This document shows positions 49,140-63,250 of a DNA stretch of 64,000 nt, in pieces (position 1 is the stretch's first letter; each line of letters opens with the position of its first letter). The notes under the pieces were generated by a model. That model searched no databases and had not been told where the DNA came from. It was given only the letters and a program-made list of their open reading frames with translations. The position numbers were made by a program, and so were the translations under genes. Source of the stretch: Asterias amurensis (lineage: Eukaryota); NCBI RefSeq assembly GCF_032118995.1, contig NC_092652.1, positions 27,171,339-27,235,338 of the forward strand, read 5' to 3'.

Positions 49140-49690
49140 TGGGGTACTTGAGAGCACGGAGCAGGACAATCTGTTTCCCTTCCCCAAATTTTGAGAGTGA
49201 GTATAGTAACAAGCGAAATAATAGAGTAGAATTCAAGTGTTTCCAGTGTGGTCAGTTTAGGGTCAGACCACGGGGTAGATTGGGGTGAGGTACTTGAGAG
49301 CATGAAGGTCCTTCTTCCCCCCGTCTTCCTTTTTTAAGAGTGAGTATTATAAGATTCGCAATAATAGAATAGAATTCAAGCGCTCCCAGTGTGGTCAATT
49401 TAGGGTCAGACCACGGGGTAGATTGGGGCTGGGGTACTTGAAAGCATCAAGGTCCTTCTTTCCTCCGTCTTCCTTTTTTGAGAGTATTATAAGATTCGCA
49501 ATAATAGAGTAGAATTCAAGCGCTCCCAGTGTGGTCAATTTAGGGTCAGACCACGGGGTAGATTAGGGTGAGGTACTTGAGAGCATTTTCCTTCCTTCTT
49601 CCTCTATTTCGAGACTAAGTATTATAAGATTCGCAATAATAGAATAGAACTCAAGTGCTTCCATGGGGTCCGTTTACTATACAATACAAT
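49140..49690. repeat. Tandem repeat with a roughly 120-125-bp unit, about 4.5 copies. The unit contains 'GTATTATAAGATTCGCAATAATAGARTAGAATTCAAGYGCTCCCAGTGTGGTCAATTTAGGGTCAGACCACGGGGTAGATTGGGG'.
   Basis: Successive units can be read directly and are about 90% identical. Confidence 0.8.
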
Positions 49691-49944
49691 CCCCAAAAGG
49701 GTCAGATCCGTGGGGTAGATTCGAATGGGTGGGAAGGGGCTGGGGACTTGTGGCTGATATTAATAACAATCAAAGCACTGGAGTAAGTATAGAATCAACA
49801 ACTTAATTATATCCTCAAGGTACTGGGTAGCCCAGGTTGGACTCCTCTGTTGCACTGACTGACGTCCTACCAGGGCTAGGTACTGGGTAGTGTTGTTTAA
49901 TGTGATACTGTTATAATGGGATGACCACAGTAAAGATTATCTAG

Positions 49945-50086
49945 ACACACCAAGGTTGAGACAACTGTGGGCTCATTAAGACACACCAAGGTTGAGACAA
50001 CTGTGGGCTCATTAAGACACACCAAGGTTGAGACAACTGTGGGCTCATTAAGACACACCAAGGTTGAGACAACTGTGGGCTCATTT
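49945..50086. repeat. Tandem repeat with a 36-bp unit 'ACACACCAAGGTTGAGACAACTGTGGGCTCATTAAG', 4 copies
   Basis: It can be read directly and the copies are perfect. Confidence 0.9.
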
Positions 50087-51629
50087 TAAATACCTGCAGA
50101 CCAAGGACTTAACAAGGGAAAAGAAAAGGTCTAAAAATGGAATGTCTAAAGACAAGGGTGCTCTACAAGGAAGTATTCGAGAAACTGTTAAGTGCAGAGA
50201 CAAAGGAAAGAACAAAAGAATGCACCACAAGGATACATTTATAAAAACAAAATTCTGCCCCTTTTTTCGCTGGTTCGTAAAAATGGCCAAGAAAGGGTAA
50301 ACAATTAAAAACTTATAAACATCAACTGGAGATTTGGGCTTGAAGTTTAACACAAAATCAAATCTTTAAAAAACGTAAATATTCTGAAAAATTATAGTCC
50401 TGTTTATTTGTTGTTTTCTGGTGAGGAATATAAGCGGGTCTTAGAGATTTTATAAGTGTTTATCAAACTATACAATTTGTAGTTACCCTTCCTAGATACT
50501 TTAAGGTATTCTACTTTAAGGAAACTAACTGTCAATTTGATACAAATCTTATTTATTTTAAATTGACAAATAAGTTCATTCATTAATTATTTCCATACTG
50601 GCTTATTGTGACACTGTGTACATCAACAAAGTTTGGATGACATTTGCTGTTTTGCAGATTTGTTAGATAATTGACAAATAACGATTTACCTGAAGTAAAA
50701 CCCTAAAACCATCACTTCTATAGCGTTTAACCCAAATGCTGCAACTCAAATATTGAGATGATTATTGGTGACATTGATTCTTTTGGTTTTGATCAAGTGA
50801 AAGGGATAGCATCATCCCACAAATTGAGACTTGCTTTCTTCAAGAGAAGTTGGAGGCTCAATGAGGTTTTAAGAAAATCCAGTAATCATGAAAGATCCTA
50901 AGAAATCACATTTCTACAAGACTCAGATAACACTGACCAGTTTCTTCAATCCTTGATTCGAGATTGATGAGAAATAAGAAACTGTTACTCTACACTGAGG
51001 AAGTACCTACTGAGAGATGTTGGCTCTGAATAAGAGTGGTTGATTTAATCTTATTGTTTCATCCAAGGTGTGTTCGTTTCATCTAAGATGTTATAGTCAT
51101 CAGCAGGAGAAAACAAAGCACACTAGTCAATGCAGCAAGCTCTTCTTCATGTAACTGTTAACACGCAGATCAGAGAGAAGGGGGGGGGGGGGGGGGCGAG
51201 GGGGAGCCACTTCACTCAGAACCGTTTTCCCTAGCCCCCAGTAACTAAATTGGAAACAGTTCTAGTATCCTCCTTACTCTCCAAAACAAAACAGGCTGGT
51301 ACCCGTGACTTTGTTACCTGCGTTCCATTAAGCTACATGTCTTGCATTCGTGGAACAAGTCCAAACAACTCTATCTTTGTATGAGACTTGTCCAATGAGA
51401 TGAATATCCGAGGAAAGACTCTTCACATCTCGATTGATTTGTTGTCAATATTTAACGTCAAACACTCATCAACAATTCAGCTTCTCTTCGTTTACTCTCC
51501 TGCAGAAATAAGAATCAAAGACCATTTCTATTTTAATTGAGCAACGATAAAAACTAAAAGAAAACAAAACCCATACAACACAGTTCATTACTGTGACATC
51601 CCATCACCCAGTTATTAAACCTCTTCCAG

Positions 51630-53082
<1,453 letters not shown>

Positions 53083-53585
53083 TATCAAAGTCTTATATAG
53101 CGCACGTATCTACCAAACAAGGTACTCAAGGCGCTGAGTATATACAAACTTCCAGAAAGGTTCCAATGCACACAAGTCAAACTATCACAGGCCTGTATGC
53201 TTTATTTCTGAAAGGGCAAGGGCACCAAGGCATTTTCTCATTGCTAAAGGGCACCCTATGAGGAAAGTGTAAAGTTCGACTGGAGCATTTCAAGGGCATC
53301 AAGGAAATGACCAGGGGGCATGGAGACAATCGCCTTCCTTGCCTCCGTGAAGTAACAGGCCTGCTGGAAATAAATTGTTATACTCTTGAACACCTTGTAT
53401 GCTGTAACCCCAAAAAATTATTACATAGAATACACTATCTTGATAGGTTTTTAAAGTACTGATTATTAAGAATTGTAGCACAACAAGATAGGTGTCCACA
53501 ACTGACGTAAAGTATTTTTTTAATAGCGATCCTAATTAGTGATCTTAGGATAAAATAGAATCCAATTAACACTTCTTAAAATCAC

Positions 53586-53950
53586 AGTACACGTTTGGTA
53601 ATTGTCAAAGACCAATGTTCTCACTTGGTGTATCCCATCATAACCATAAAATAACAAACCTCTAAAAATTTGGCAACAATTGGTCATCGAAGTTGCAAGA
53701 AAATTATGAAGCTAAAAATACCGTTGTTAGACGAATTTGTGTGATTTAAAATAGGAATAAAAGACTTCTAGCTAGAAGTCTTTTAATTTTTTTTTAGTGA
53801 GAAATGACCTCTTTCTCAAAAACTATGTTACTTCAGAGGGAGTCATTTCCCACAATGTTTTACCTATCAACTGCTCTCCAATGCTTGTTACCAAGTCAGT
53901 TTTTAAGTTAATATTTGTTTTGAGTAATTACCAAACAGGTACCTTCCCTT
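53586..53950 (-). mobile_element. MITE family A, diverged copy
   Basis: The termini are 'acgtttggtaattgtcaaagaccaatgttctcacttggtg…gagtaattaccaaacaggtacc', and the internal 'cttcagagggagtcatttcccacaatgtttt' segment is shared. Confidence 0.55.
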
Positions 53951-54719
53951 TAAAGGGTAGTTTTTTTTAAACAAGAACAAGAAAAGAAACAAAGTTCTCT
54001 TGTCAAACAGAAATAAGTTTAACTTCATATCAGTGACATAGACCTCAGCGTTGACAAATCTTGTAGATCATTACCACATCTGGTTAAAGCATTAGTTGAG
54101 AGTAATATGCAATTTGTGACATTTACTGACAGACACAAGTGGCATGGGAGAGATTTGCTTTCATCATATTAGAAATCTTAAACACACCCATACACCTAAC
54201 AGGTGCTTACACAAAAACCTTTTATTTAAACAATGGGGAAAATTCCCCGGAAAGCCATTCATTCTCCCAACCCATCGTTCTATAACGACCAGGATTCACA
54301 GATTATTGACACTCCTTATGTTCGACAATCACGGTCATTCAATCATTACCTCATCACCATAGTAACGCTTTCCATACAAGCAAACATCTGATGACCAATT
54401 GAGTCGAAACCTTCACATGTTCGTTATTTTCTTTATCTGTATCTGTCACATGAAGTGTTGATACTGGTTTTTGACAAGGATCAATGTTGTCCACTATGCT
54501 TAATTGATATGACACGTTGTAAAACACTTAGAGAGAAAGTAATTTTTTTAGAAAGTAATTTTAAGAAATGTTTGTAGATGTAGTTATATACCTTAAACTA
54601 ACCTGTGTAAATGTCATTTCAAAAGGTAGTAGTGTTTGTACAGCTATGTCTTTATTATCACCAAATTTTCTCACATATTATCTTGTGATTATTTGACAAA
54701 CTGTACTTAATTAATAGCA

Positions 54720-55075
54720 TCGCAAGTCCTGTTCTATCACCCCCATTCTGAAACAACTACACTGGCTCCCTATCTCTCAACCAATCATCTTCAAGCTGAT
54801 GCTCGTTGTCCACAAAGCACTTAATGGCAAGGCTCCCCACTATATTTCTGAACTGCTTCAAATTTACACTCCATCAAGGAATCTTCGATCAAGTTCCATG
54901 CTTCTCCTCATTGAATCCAAGTCTCGACACTCATGGGGTGACAGGTCTTTTTCTTCAGCTGCGCCACGCATCTGGAACTTAATCTTAGATCTTGTCTTTA
55001 TACCACAAAATTCAAATCTCTTCTCAAAACTTATCTTATGTCACAGGTTTTCAAGGACTAATTTTGTTGTGTCTG
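54720..55075 (+). mobile_element. Transposon-derived conserved ORF fragment (…LHWLPISQPIIFKLMLVVHKALNGKAPHYISELLQIYTPSRNLRSSSMLLLIESKSRHSWGDRSFSSAAPRIWNLI…NLFSKLILCH)
   Basis: It matches the widely dispersed repeat-encoded motif 'LHWLP…KAL.G.AP.Y…LL..Y.P.R.LRSS…GDR.F…APRLWN.LP…FK..LKTHLF' that turns up in many hypothetical proteins of fish, amphibians and invertebrates. A (TTA)n tract at 55148-55200 follows it. Confidence 0.55.
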
Positions 55076-55147
55076 TTTTTCTTTGTTTTTGGTTTTACTG
55101 CGCCTTGAACACCCAGCAGGGTGGATATGTGCGCATTTCAAGTCTTA

Positions 55148-55153
55148 TTATTA

Positions 55154-55200
<47 letters not shown>
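55148..55200. repeat. (TTA)n microsatellite
   Basis: It can be read directly. Confidence 0.9.
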
Positions 55201-55202
<2 letters not shown>

Positions 55203-57454
55203 GTGTTGTATGATTTGACTTGGTCAAGCGTGTTTTTAACAACTTAGGGAACAAATTAGCTCATTGCTTTGGCCCAGATACCACTCCCCCCAGGACCTAA
55301 ATAATCTACTCGCTTAAAAAAGAAACAATAGCATATCTCCCCCTTCACACAAACACCCTGGGGGGAACCTAAAGATCACCATTTATTTCTTTCCACCTGT
55401 TAATCCATTCAACGTCTACCTCTAAGGATCAAACTTCAAAAGTTTCACGCTAATCTCTTTTTGAAAAACATCCCAAATAAGTTGTTAAGGAGACAGGTAG
55501 GGGGTAAATTATTGCACTTGTTATTTTGAAGTCAAACAGCTTATTCAGTGGAGTGACAAAGCTGATTTTGAAGTATTCTCAACCTAATGGACACACATGA
55601 TGAAACCTGATCAATAGAAAGTTCTCATTTTTATTTTGGATTGTTTTGTTGTGCCTTAGGGTTGAGTTGACTTTCCCATGAATGATTGATGTTCATCGTT
55701 GAAATTGTTATTAATTTCTAAAGTGTGCTTTAAAAACGATATTTTATTGCTTTGTTGTTAACTACGATCAGTGATTGAAAATAAATTGTCATACGCCCTG
55801 GGTGGCGTCGGAGGAAAGCACAAAATGTTTGATCCATGATGAAAAGAAAAGTAAAAAGTGGAAATGGCGTCGCATAATGGCGTCGCATAAAATGGCGTCG
55901 CATTTCAGACCTACATGTAGCAGAGTCTTTTTCATTTAACCGATGAGAAAGATATAACTAGGGTAAAAATGTGAGTTCAGAACTATTTCCTGCATTAATT
56001 TGGTCAATTTATTTACCTAATTTGAAAGTATGAAGGAAATATATAAAGGGTTGCTTTACTTTTTTTCAAAACCAGAGGAAAAAAAGCGACACGAAGGTGA
56101 CTATAGCAGCCATAAATAAATACTAAATATAACCATTCACGATACAACCTTACTCTAATTCTCTAAAACTGTCAAGAAATGATTCATATCATAAATAGGA
56201 CTCTGCACTAATGCTAAAAATAGACTCTAAGTACCGAATCACAGACTAATGTTTTAAATTCCAAGAACATCAAGAATGGTATTTGGTCATTGGGAAAAAG
56301 AGGAAAATTTTATCGAGCACAACGGCTGACCTACGTGTATACAAGGTGTAGGCTTTAATTTTCATATATTTTAAAAGCAATTTAATTGTTCAGACCTTTC
56401 CCAAGGGAAACAAAAATTGAAAATCGGACTAAAGTAGGAAGAATATCGTGTCTGGAACATTACCAAGTTTTAAGTTTACTCGCGAAACTGACTCAACTAC
56501 TAGTACAGGCAATCTTACAGATCAAGTTTGTGGGGTCCAGCCATTATTGGTTTTTTATTCCCTTTTCTAAAGAATTCCTCCGTTAGGTCCAAAATGAACA
56601 AAGGACATTGTTTGTGGGGTCTATTTTTCCGCTGTGTAACGACCCCACAATGGTTTGTGAGTAAGAACAGTTTGGCGCACTGATCATGCGGTGGTCGCAA
56701 TCATGGTGGAATGCTTTTCTAATGGCTGAGCATTTTTATCAAATATGATGTCATTTAGTTCGGAGTGCTAGTGGTTATTTTTCATACTCATTTTTTCATT
56801 TTTTTCCCATAACTAAACATATATAAAATTTGTAACATAGAATAACAAACCCAATACACAACAACCACAACAACAATTTCTGGTTTAAATATTCACCCTC
56901 GAAATATTACACCAAAAACAAAATCAAGTCTGGAAGTACGGTTCCTACCACACAAAAACTTATGGTCTTTAAACTTATGAAAACAGCAAGCTCTGTGGAA
57001 TACGAATGATGAAATCTGAGTATAATAATATTACTTTCACAAAAAACCTGTGTTTGCTTACAAAGATCAACACTCAAGTTTTAGAATGCTTTGTCATGTT
57101 AGTTTATTGCGTTGTGAGCTCTTTGCCTGTAGTAGGTCATGCATCTATTGAACTACAATGTAACCATGGTAACACATTTGTTCACCAAGTTGTTAATCAA
57201 CAATGGAAGTTAAGTGTTGTCAATAAAAATATTACAGCATGTACTTGCAGGAAAGTAAACAGAGCAATAACAACTGGGATATCTTTTGTGGTGGGTGCAA
57301 ATACCAAACACCAACTCACAGAAAAAAAAGGTTGCAAACAAGACAACAAAAGATGTATTATATTTATTGGTGGTTGCCAACCGGTAGAAATCGGCCAGTC
57401 AAGGCACCCCCGAACAAAGATGTTGACAACATAGGGAGCCCGCCAACATAGGGC

Positions 57455-57560
57455 TCGATAGCTCAGTTGGTAGTCTATGGTAAAGCGCCCGCACTTTAAT
57501 TTGGAGGTCGATGGTTCGAGTGTCACTCTAGTCAATTTATCTTTGTTCAACCTCAACTCT
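57455..57560 (+). pseudogene. tRNA-like sequence (GGGCTCGATAGCTCAGTTGGTAG…GGTTCGAGTGTCAC). It is a degenerate tRNA pseudogene or SINE head, not a functional tRNA.
   Basis: The acceptor, D-arm and T-arm are recognisable, but the anticodon region is disrupted ('tctatggtaaagcgcccgcactttaatttggag'). Confidence 0.4.
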
Positions 57561-57964
57561 TTTAAAATTTACCCACTCAGTTTCCCTTGTAGTTTATATT
57601 TATTCTCAATGATCAGAAGACTGGTGGGGGGGGGAGATTGGAATGATTGTGAACTTGAAGACATCAACAGAGAAAAAGTTAAAGGACTCTCGTCGTACCA
57701 ACCTCATTTTGTGTGTAGTTTTCTAGTGTGAAGTCTTCATCTTCTGCATCCAGTAATTCTTGGACCTTCTTCTTGTAACTGAATTGGAAATAACAATATA
57801 GAAGAATTAGAGATCTTTTAAACTGTATCGAGAGATAAAGATATGACATAGAGCCCGGGGCAGTGACATTAGCATGGGGCCGGTAAACTCAAGACCAAAC
57901 AAGTCCAGCAGCCGCTTTTATAAAACTTTACGCAGTTATAAAACTGTCTATACAAGCCTGATAC

Positions 57965-58328
57965 TTTAAAGCCATTGGACACTTTCGGAACATAATTTTT
58001 TTTAAAGTTCACAGATTTACAAATAACTTACAGGGTTTACAGAAGGTAATGGTGAAAGACTTCTCTTGAAATATTATTCCATGAAATGCTTTACTTTTTG
58101 AGAAAACATTAAAACAATATCAATTCTCGTTATCGAGAATTACGTACTTATTTTAATCACATGTCATGACACGACGAAGTGTGCGGAAACAAGGGTGGGT
58201 TTTCTCCCGACTCCGTTGACTAATTGAGCCTAAATTTTCACAGGTTTGTTATTTGATATAGAAGTTGTGACACACGAAGTGTGGGCCTTGGACAATACTG
58301 TTTACCGAAAGGGTCCAATGGCTTTAAC
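57965..58328 (+). mobile_element. MITE related to family A (TIR variant 'AGCCATTGGACACTTTCGG…CCGAAAGGGTCCAATGGCT'), TTAA-flanked
   Basis: The TIRs are perfect inverted copies. TTAA is present at both ends ('actTTAAagccattgg' and 'caatggctTTAActg'), and the 3' body matches family A ('aattttcacaggtttgttatttgatat'). Confidence 0.6.
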
Positions 58329-58743
58329 TGAGGCAATCACCTTAATGCCCCTGGTCAATCTTCATAGAGCTATACATAACTCAGAAAAGGAAAAAACCTT
58401 GCCCTAACCACAGCAAAGATATCATGCCTCTTGCACTTGGAAGCTTTTAATAAAGCAGCTCACATGGGTGCATTTTAATTGCTCCCACAAAGTTTTAGTA
58501 GTCCACATTCTAAACATGTATTTTTTTTATGTATAAATGGTCAATCACAAACAGTTTAATGGCCAAATGAAATTGCATTCACACAGTCAAAAATAAATTT
58601 ACTCCTTTTTTTTCCAAAATCTATTATTCACATCTGAAAAGGAAGAAATGTAGGTTGGGCAGATTTGAGAAGCCCACAGGGTAAATGGTGTTTACTGGCC
58701 CATAGCAGTTTTGACTAGACAATAAACGCTGGGCTAGAGTTAA

Positions 58744-59115
58744 AGGCAGTGGACACTATTGGTAATTACTCAAAATAATTGTTAGCTTAAAACCTTAATT
58801 GTAAACAAGTAATGGGGAGCTGTTGATAGTATAAAACATTGTGAGAAACGGCTTCCTCTGAAGTGACGTAGTTTTCGAGAAAGAAGTAATTTTCCATGAA
58901 TTTGATTTCGAGACCTCAGATTTAGAATTTGAGGTCTCGAAATCAAGCATCTGAAAGCACACAACTTCATGTGACATGGGTGTTTTTTCTTTCATAGTTA
59001 TCTTGCAACTCCGACGACCAGTCGAGCTCTAATTTTCACAGGTTTGTTATTTTATGCGTATGTTGAGATACACTAAGTGAGAAGACTGGTTTTTGACAAT
59101 TAGTATCCAGTGTCT
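58744..59115 (+). mobile_element. MITE family A copy, TTAA-flanked (58740-58743 and 59116-59119)
   Basis: It is nearly identical to the copy at 271-652, so this is a young insertion. Confidence 0.85.
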
Positions 59116-61354
59116 TTAAGGGTAAGCCCTGCTATGTTGTAATTGAGCACACTATAGCCTATGGCTACGGCTATGGCTATTGCTAAGGGTGCTGCTAAGG
59201 ACATCCTATACTTCAATGCGAAACAGGGCGATCTAGCCGCAGCCGTAATCTTATTCATTGGCATATTTCTGCCGTGATTTACTGCCGTTTGTCAATCTAC
59301 ACCTTTAGGTCTGGTATTTCACAGTGGTAAGCGGAGCCAAGGCCTCAACGATGCCCTGGTCATGCCCTTGGTGTCAACAGATCACCACCCCTACCTCCTT
59401 GAAGAAGTGGTGGACTACTTCCAAATGACAGAAGTATATCAGGCCGTTTTGGGGGGATGGGGATGGGGTATTTTGTCCCAACCATTTTGGTTGGCAATGT
59501 AGGGCAGGGATACTATTTCAATAACCATGCTCCCAAAAACATGGCTTAATAAAATGGTCATGCATGTCCTTGAACAGCTTCTTAAAGGATTGTTTTTTTT
59601 TAATACAATTGTTTTTGCTTAGCAAAAAATGAGTTGGTCCCCTTCACAGCATAGTAAACTTAAGGTATTTTGGTACATGTTTGTGCTTAGCAAACTATGG
59701 TGCTTACAGGCTTTATGAAATTAGGCCTTAGTCACAAGGAAAATGTTTGGCTTAGTGTTTTCCGAGTTCTGCTACTAATCTTGACTTACATCGCACTGTC
59801 TGGATTGAGTTCTTGGTTGAGACATTGGTCCAACTTCTTCTCCAGACTCTTCACTACTTCGATGTTTAGAGGAGGAATGTTACTCACTAAGTAACGGATT
59901 TCTGAGAAAACAAACACAGACAAAGAAATATCGTAGCGTCATTCGTTATCGACCCTCATATGTTTTCGGTCCCCAACTTTGATTCCTGTTTACCGCGAAA
60001 TTGTGCAAGCTGCACCGGTGACAGAAGCTATGCAGTTTACTCACGGTCTGTATTTTCATCAGGCTTAATCATGCTGAGAATAAAGTTTCCTGTCGTTGGT
60101 TATGCTCAAACATTTATAAAATGATTGATTTTTGGTACTAATCACTAGTGCATTATTATGCCAACATTCAAGTGAGTCAAAGAAACATCATCCAACCTCG
60201 AAAGTTCAAAACAAAATTACTATCCGCTAGTTTGAGTTTCATTCTGCTTTAGTCACTAGATGGATCACGTGAGGTGGTTACTATTTGGGATTCTATGGTG
60301 CGCAAATGTGGGGAAAATATTAAAATATTTTAAGTGAAAATGACAACAATTTTTTTTATTTATTTACTGCATAACTGTTATAAATTCCGATAAGCGTAAT
60401 AAATATTAAGTCTACATTTAAGAGAAAATATCATAGATTGGTTTCTTATCTCCTGAAACCAAACATTACTGGTCTGAAATGGGGAGAAACGGATTGTTAT
60501 GAAGTGTGAGTGCATCAAGGGGGTGGGGTGTTTTACTTTCATGCCTTATGATATCTCTGGATAGTAGCCATAATGCCTTAGGACAAAAATGTAATTAAAT
60601 TTGTTAAGTACTAATTAAACAATATTTTTGATTTACTTTGCCCGCCATACAAGCTTCTGAATATTCAATAAAATACCAACCAATGAAAAGTGTGAAAACA
60701 TATGGCATTGCTCCAATGTCGTGCATGCACAAGCACTGTTAATGGCGGACTGTCTCTCGCAACGTAAAACCAAAACTTTAAAAATTTCAACACACCATGA
60801 AGTGAAAGTGTTATTGTTAAAAAATTGGAAAGATGATTTGAAAAAAAAAATTAAGTTTTGATTGTGAACAATTTTCCTGTTATCCTACTGAAAACACATG
60901 ACATGAGGATAGTTAATGGCCTGACGTATCAACCCTAGCAGAGTCTTTCTCAAAAGCCAAATATACACTCACAAAAATATCCGCTGTTAATACTTCACAT
61001 ACAAATAGTCTGAAAAACACGACATCGTTAACTAACTAGGATCATTTAACATAGTTATAGTAAGACTAGTACCATGTTTTCAACAAAACTCTATCTTACA
61101 TGTATTTGATTTTTTCAAATAATTGTATTCAAGTGAAATAGTTTAGGCTAAATTTTTAGATATTTTGTTCAGCTGGTGTTTTGTGAGAGACATTTTTAAG
61201 TTTAAAGTGTGAACATTCTTGATTAAAATCTACGCAAACGAAGTTATGACAAAACTGAGCCATGGTCAACAAAATATAAAAATAAAAGGTTTATCAAACC
61301 CTGATCTAGAACCTTTTGTACATTATATTAACAATATTATTAGTGGATTCTTAA

Positions 61355-61733
61355 AGGCAGTGGACATTATTGGTAGTTACTCAAAATAATTATTAGCATA
61401 AAACCTTACTTGGTGACGAGTAATGGGGAGAGGTTGATGGTATAAAACATTGTGAGAAACGGCTCCCTCTGAAGTGCCATAGTTTTTGAGAAAGAAGTAA
61501 TTTTCCATGAATTTGATTTCGAGACCTCAGATTTAGAACTTGAGGTCTCGAAATCAACCATCTAAACGCACACAACTTTGTGTGACAAGGGCGTTTTCTT
61601 CTTTCATTATTATCTCGCAAGTTCGATGACCAATTGAGCTCAAATTTTCACAGGTAGGTTATTTTATGCATAAGTTGAGATACACCAACTGTGAAGGCTA
61701 GTCTTTGAAAATTACCAAAAGTGTCCACTGCCT
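61355..61733 (+). mobile_element. MITE family A copy, TTAA-flanked (61351-61354 and 61734-61737)
   Basis: It is about 95% identical to the copy at 271-652. Confidence 0.85.
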
Positions 61734-61889
61734 TTAAACAGCGCTCAAATCTGTCACACAGTGACACTTTTGACATTATTCCCCTGGTCACTGGGCCATT
61801 TATTTCTCCCTTAAACAATCTAAGCTTCCTGGGGAGTAGACATCCTGTGCTGCTAAGTAGCACACAAAGCTAAATCATTCACAAGAACC

Positions 61890-62040
61890 ATCTATGACCC
61901 CACATGTATCCATTAACATGTACCCTTGTGTGAAAAGAAGCAATGACAGTTAAGCGTCTTACTCAAGGACACAAGTGACATGACGAGGATTCAAACCCAC
62001 ACCCTAGGTCTTAAGTCTGATGCATTAAAACCCTCGACCA
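61890..62040 (-). mobile_element. tRNA-derived SINE, same family as 63045-63250 (rc: GGGTGTGGGTTTGAATCCTCGTCATGTCACTTGTGTCCTTGAGTAAGACGCTTAAC)
   Basis: It shares the B-box and core with the copy at 63045. Confidence 0.55.
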
Positions 62041-63044
62041 CAACACAACCACAACACACCTCATGTTGTGAGAAACTTACTTTTTATGGACATGACTAGT
62101 TCTTTAAGATCTTCTTTCTTTCCACTACTGAGCAAGAAATCCGTCACATACCTGGTCAGAAAAAAAGAAAAACTCATCATCTGGGGAAAAGTGCCCCAAA
62201 GTGACAAACTTTATGTAAGATCCTTGTAAGCACATTGCAACTTTCATTGTATAAATAGCGCCCTCTAGGGTTGAAACATGTCATTCAGTAAACATTAAAT
62301 GCCAGGTATGCCTTGGAGAACTTGTTCCATGGTTCTTTGCCACATGGCAGGTGCAGACGCTACACCAAAGGCTAGGCAGTTGAAAGCAAAGAGTCCCTTG
62401 TGGGTGTTGATTGTGAGTAACTTATTGGAGTCACAGGGTCCATCACCATATGTAGGTAAGCTTGACGTAGATCAAGTTTGCTGTATCTCTGTCCTCCCGA
62501 AAGTGTTGCAAAGACATCTTCTACTCTCGGCAAGGAGTAGTGATCAATTATTATATTTTGATTCACTGTCACTTTAAAGTCACCCAAAGGCGGACATCAC
62601 CTTATGTTTGAACCTTTGCATAATGTGGAAAACAAGAAGTAACTATAACTAGTAAACCTGTAGGTACACCCATTTGAAAGTCTTTTGTGTAAATCTTTTC
62701 ATCTCAAGAGCAGATAAAAGACTGCCAATTCTTAAACTCACTTATCAATGTTGACTTTCTGTCTTCCTGCACTTGTAACAAGAGCCGCTAAGGAAATCTG
62801 TAAAGAAACAAAATAAGATGCACATTAAGAAAGTTGTGAAGAATCAATTCATCTGACACAAATTGTACTCATTAACACCACCTGAATTTCTATAACTTTA
62901 TTAGCAAATTGAACAAATGGTACTTTGGTACCAATGTTGTTTGATTTTGTAATCATAGTAATTGGAAGAAACATTTCCAGTCCAGACACCAGATAAGCCA
63001 TTACATGGACTTACAAGTATGTCTTACATGGTCTTACAAGTATG

Positions 63045-63250
63045 GAAGTGTCGTGGCCGAGCTGTTAAGAGCACCGAATTCAAACTCTGGTGTTTCTGAT
63101 CAGCAGAGTGTGAGTTCGAATCCCCAGCCGTGACACTTGTGTCCTTAAGCAAGACACTAAACCATTGCTTCGTTCTTCGTACTGACTTGGGAGGAGTACA
63201 GGTGAATGTTTTTACCTGAGATGGTGAGTACAGGAGGCTGACGTTACTTG
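63045..63250 (+). mobile_element. tRNA-derived SINE with a tRNA-like head (GTCGTGGCCGAGCTGTTAAG…GAGTTCGAATCCCCAGCC) and a MIR/Deu-like core (CTTGTGTCCTTAAGCAAGACACTAAACC)
   Basis: A-box-like and B-box-like sequences sit upstream of the conserved SINE core. A second copy in opposite orientation is at 61890-62040. Confidence 0.6.

Noticed and set aside
57455-57560. Possible functional tRNA gene (GGGCTCGATAGCTCAGTTGGTAG…GGTTCGAGTG)
   Set aside because: The anticodon stem-loop cannot be formed because an insertion of about 30 nt disrupts it. It is better explained as a tRNA pseudogene or SINE head.
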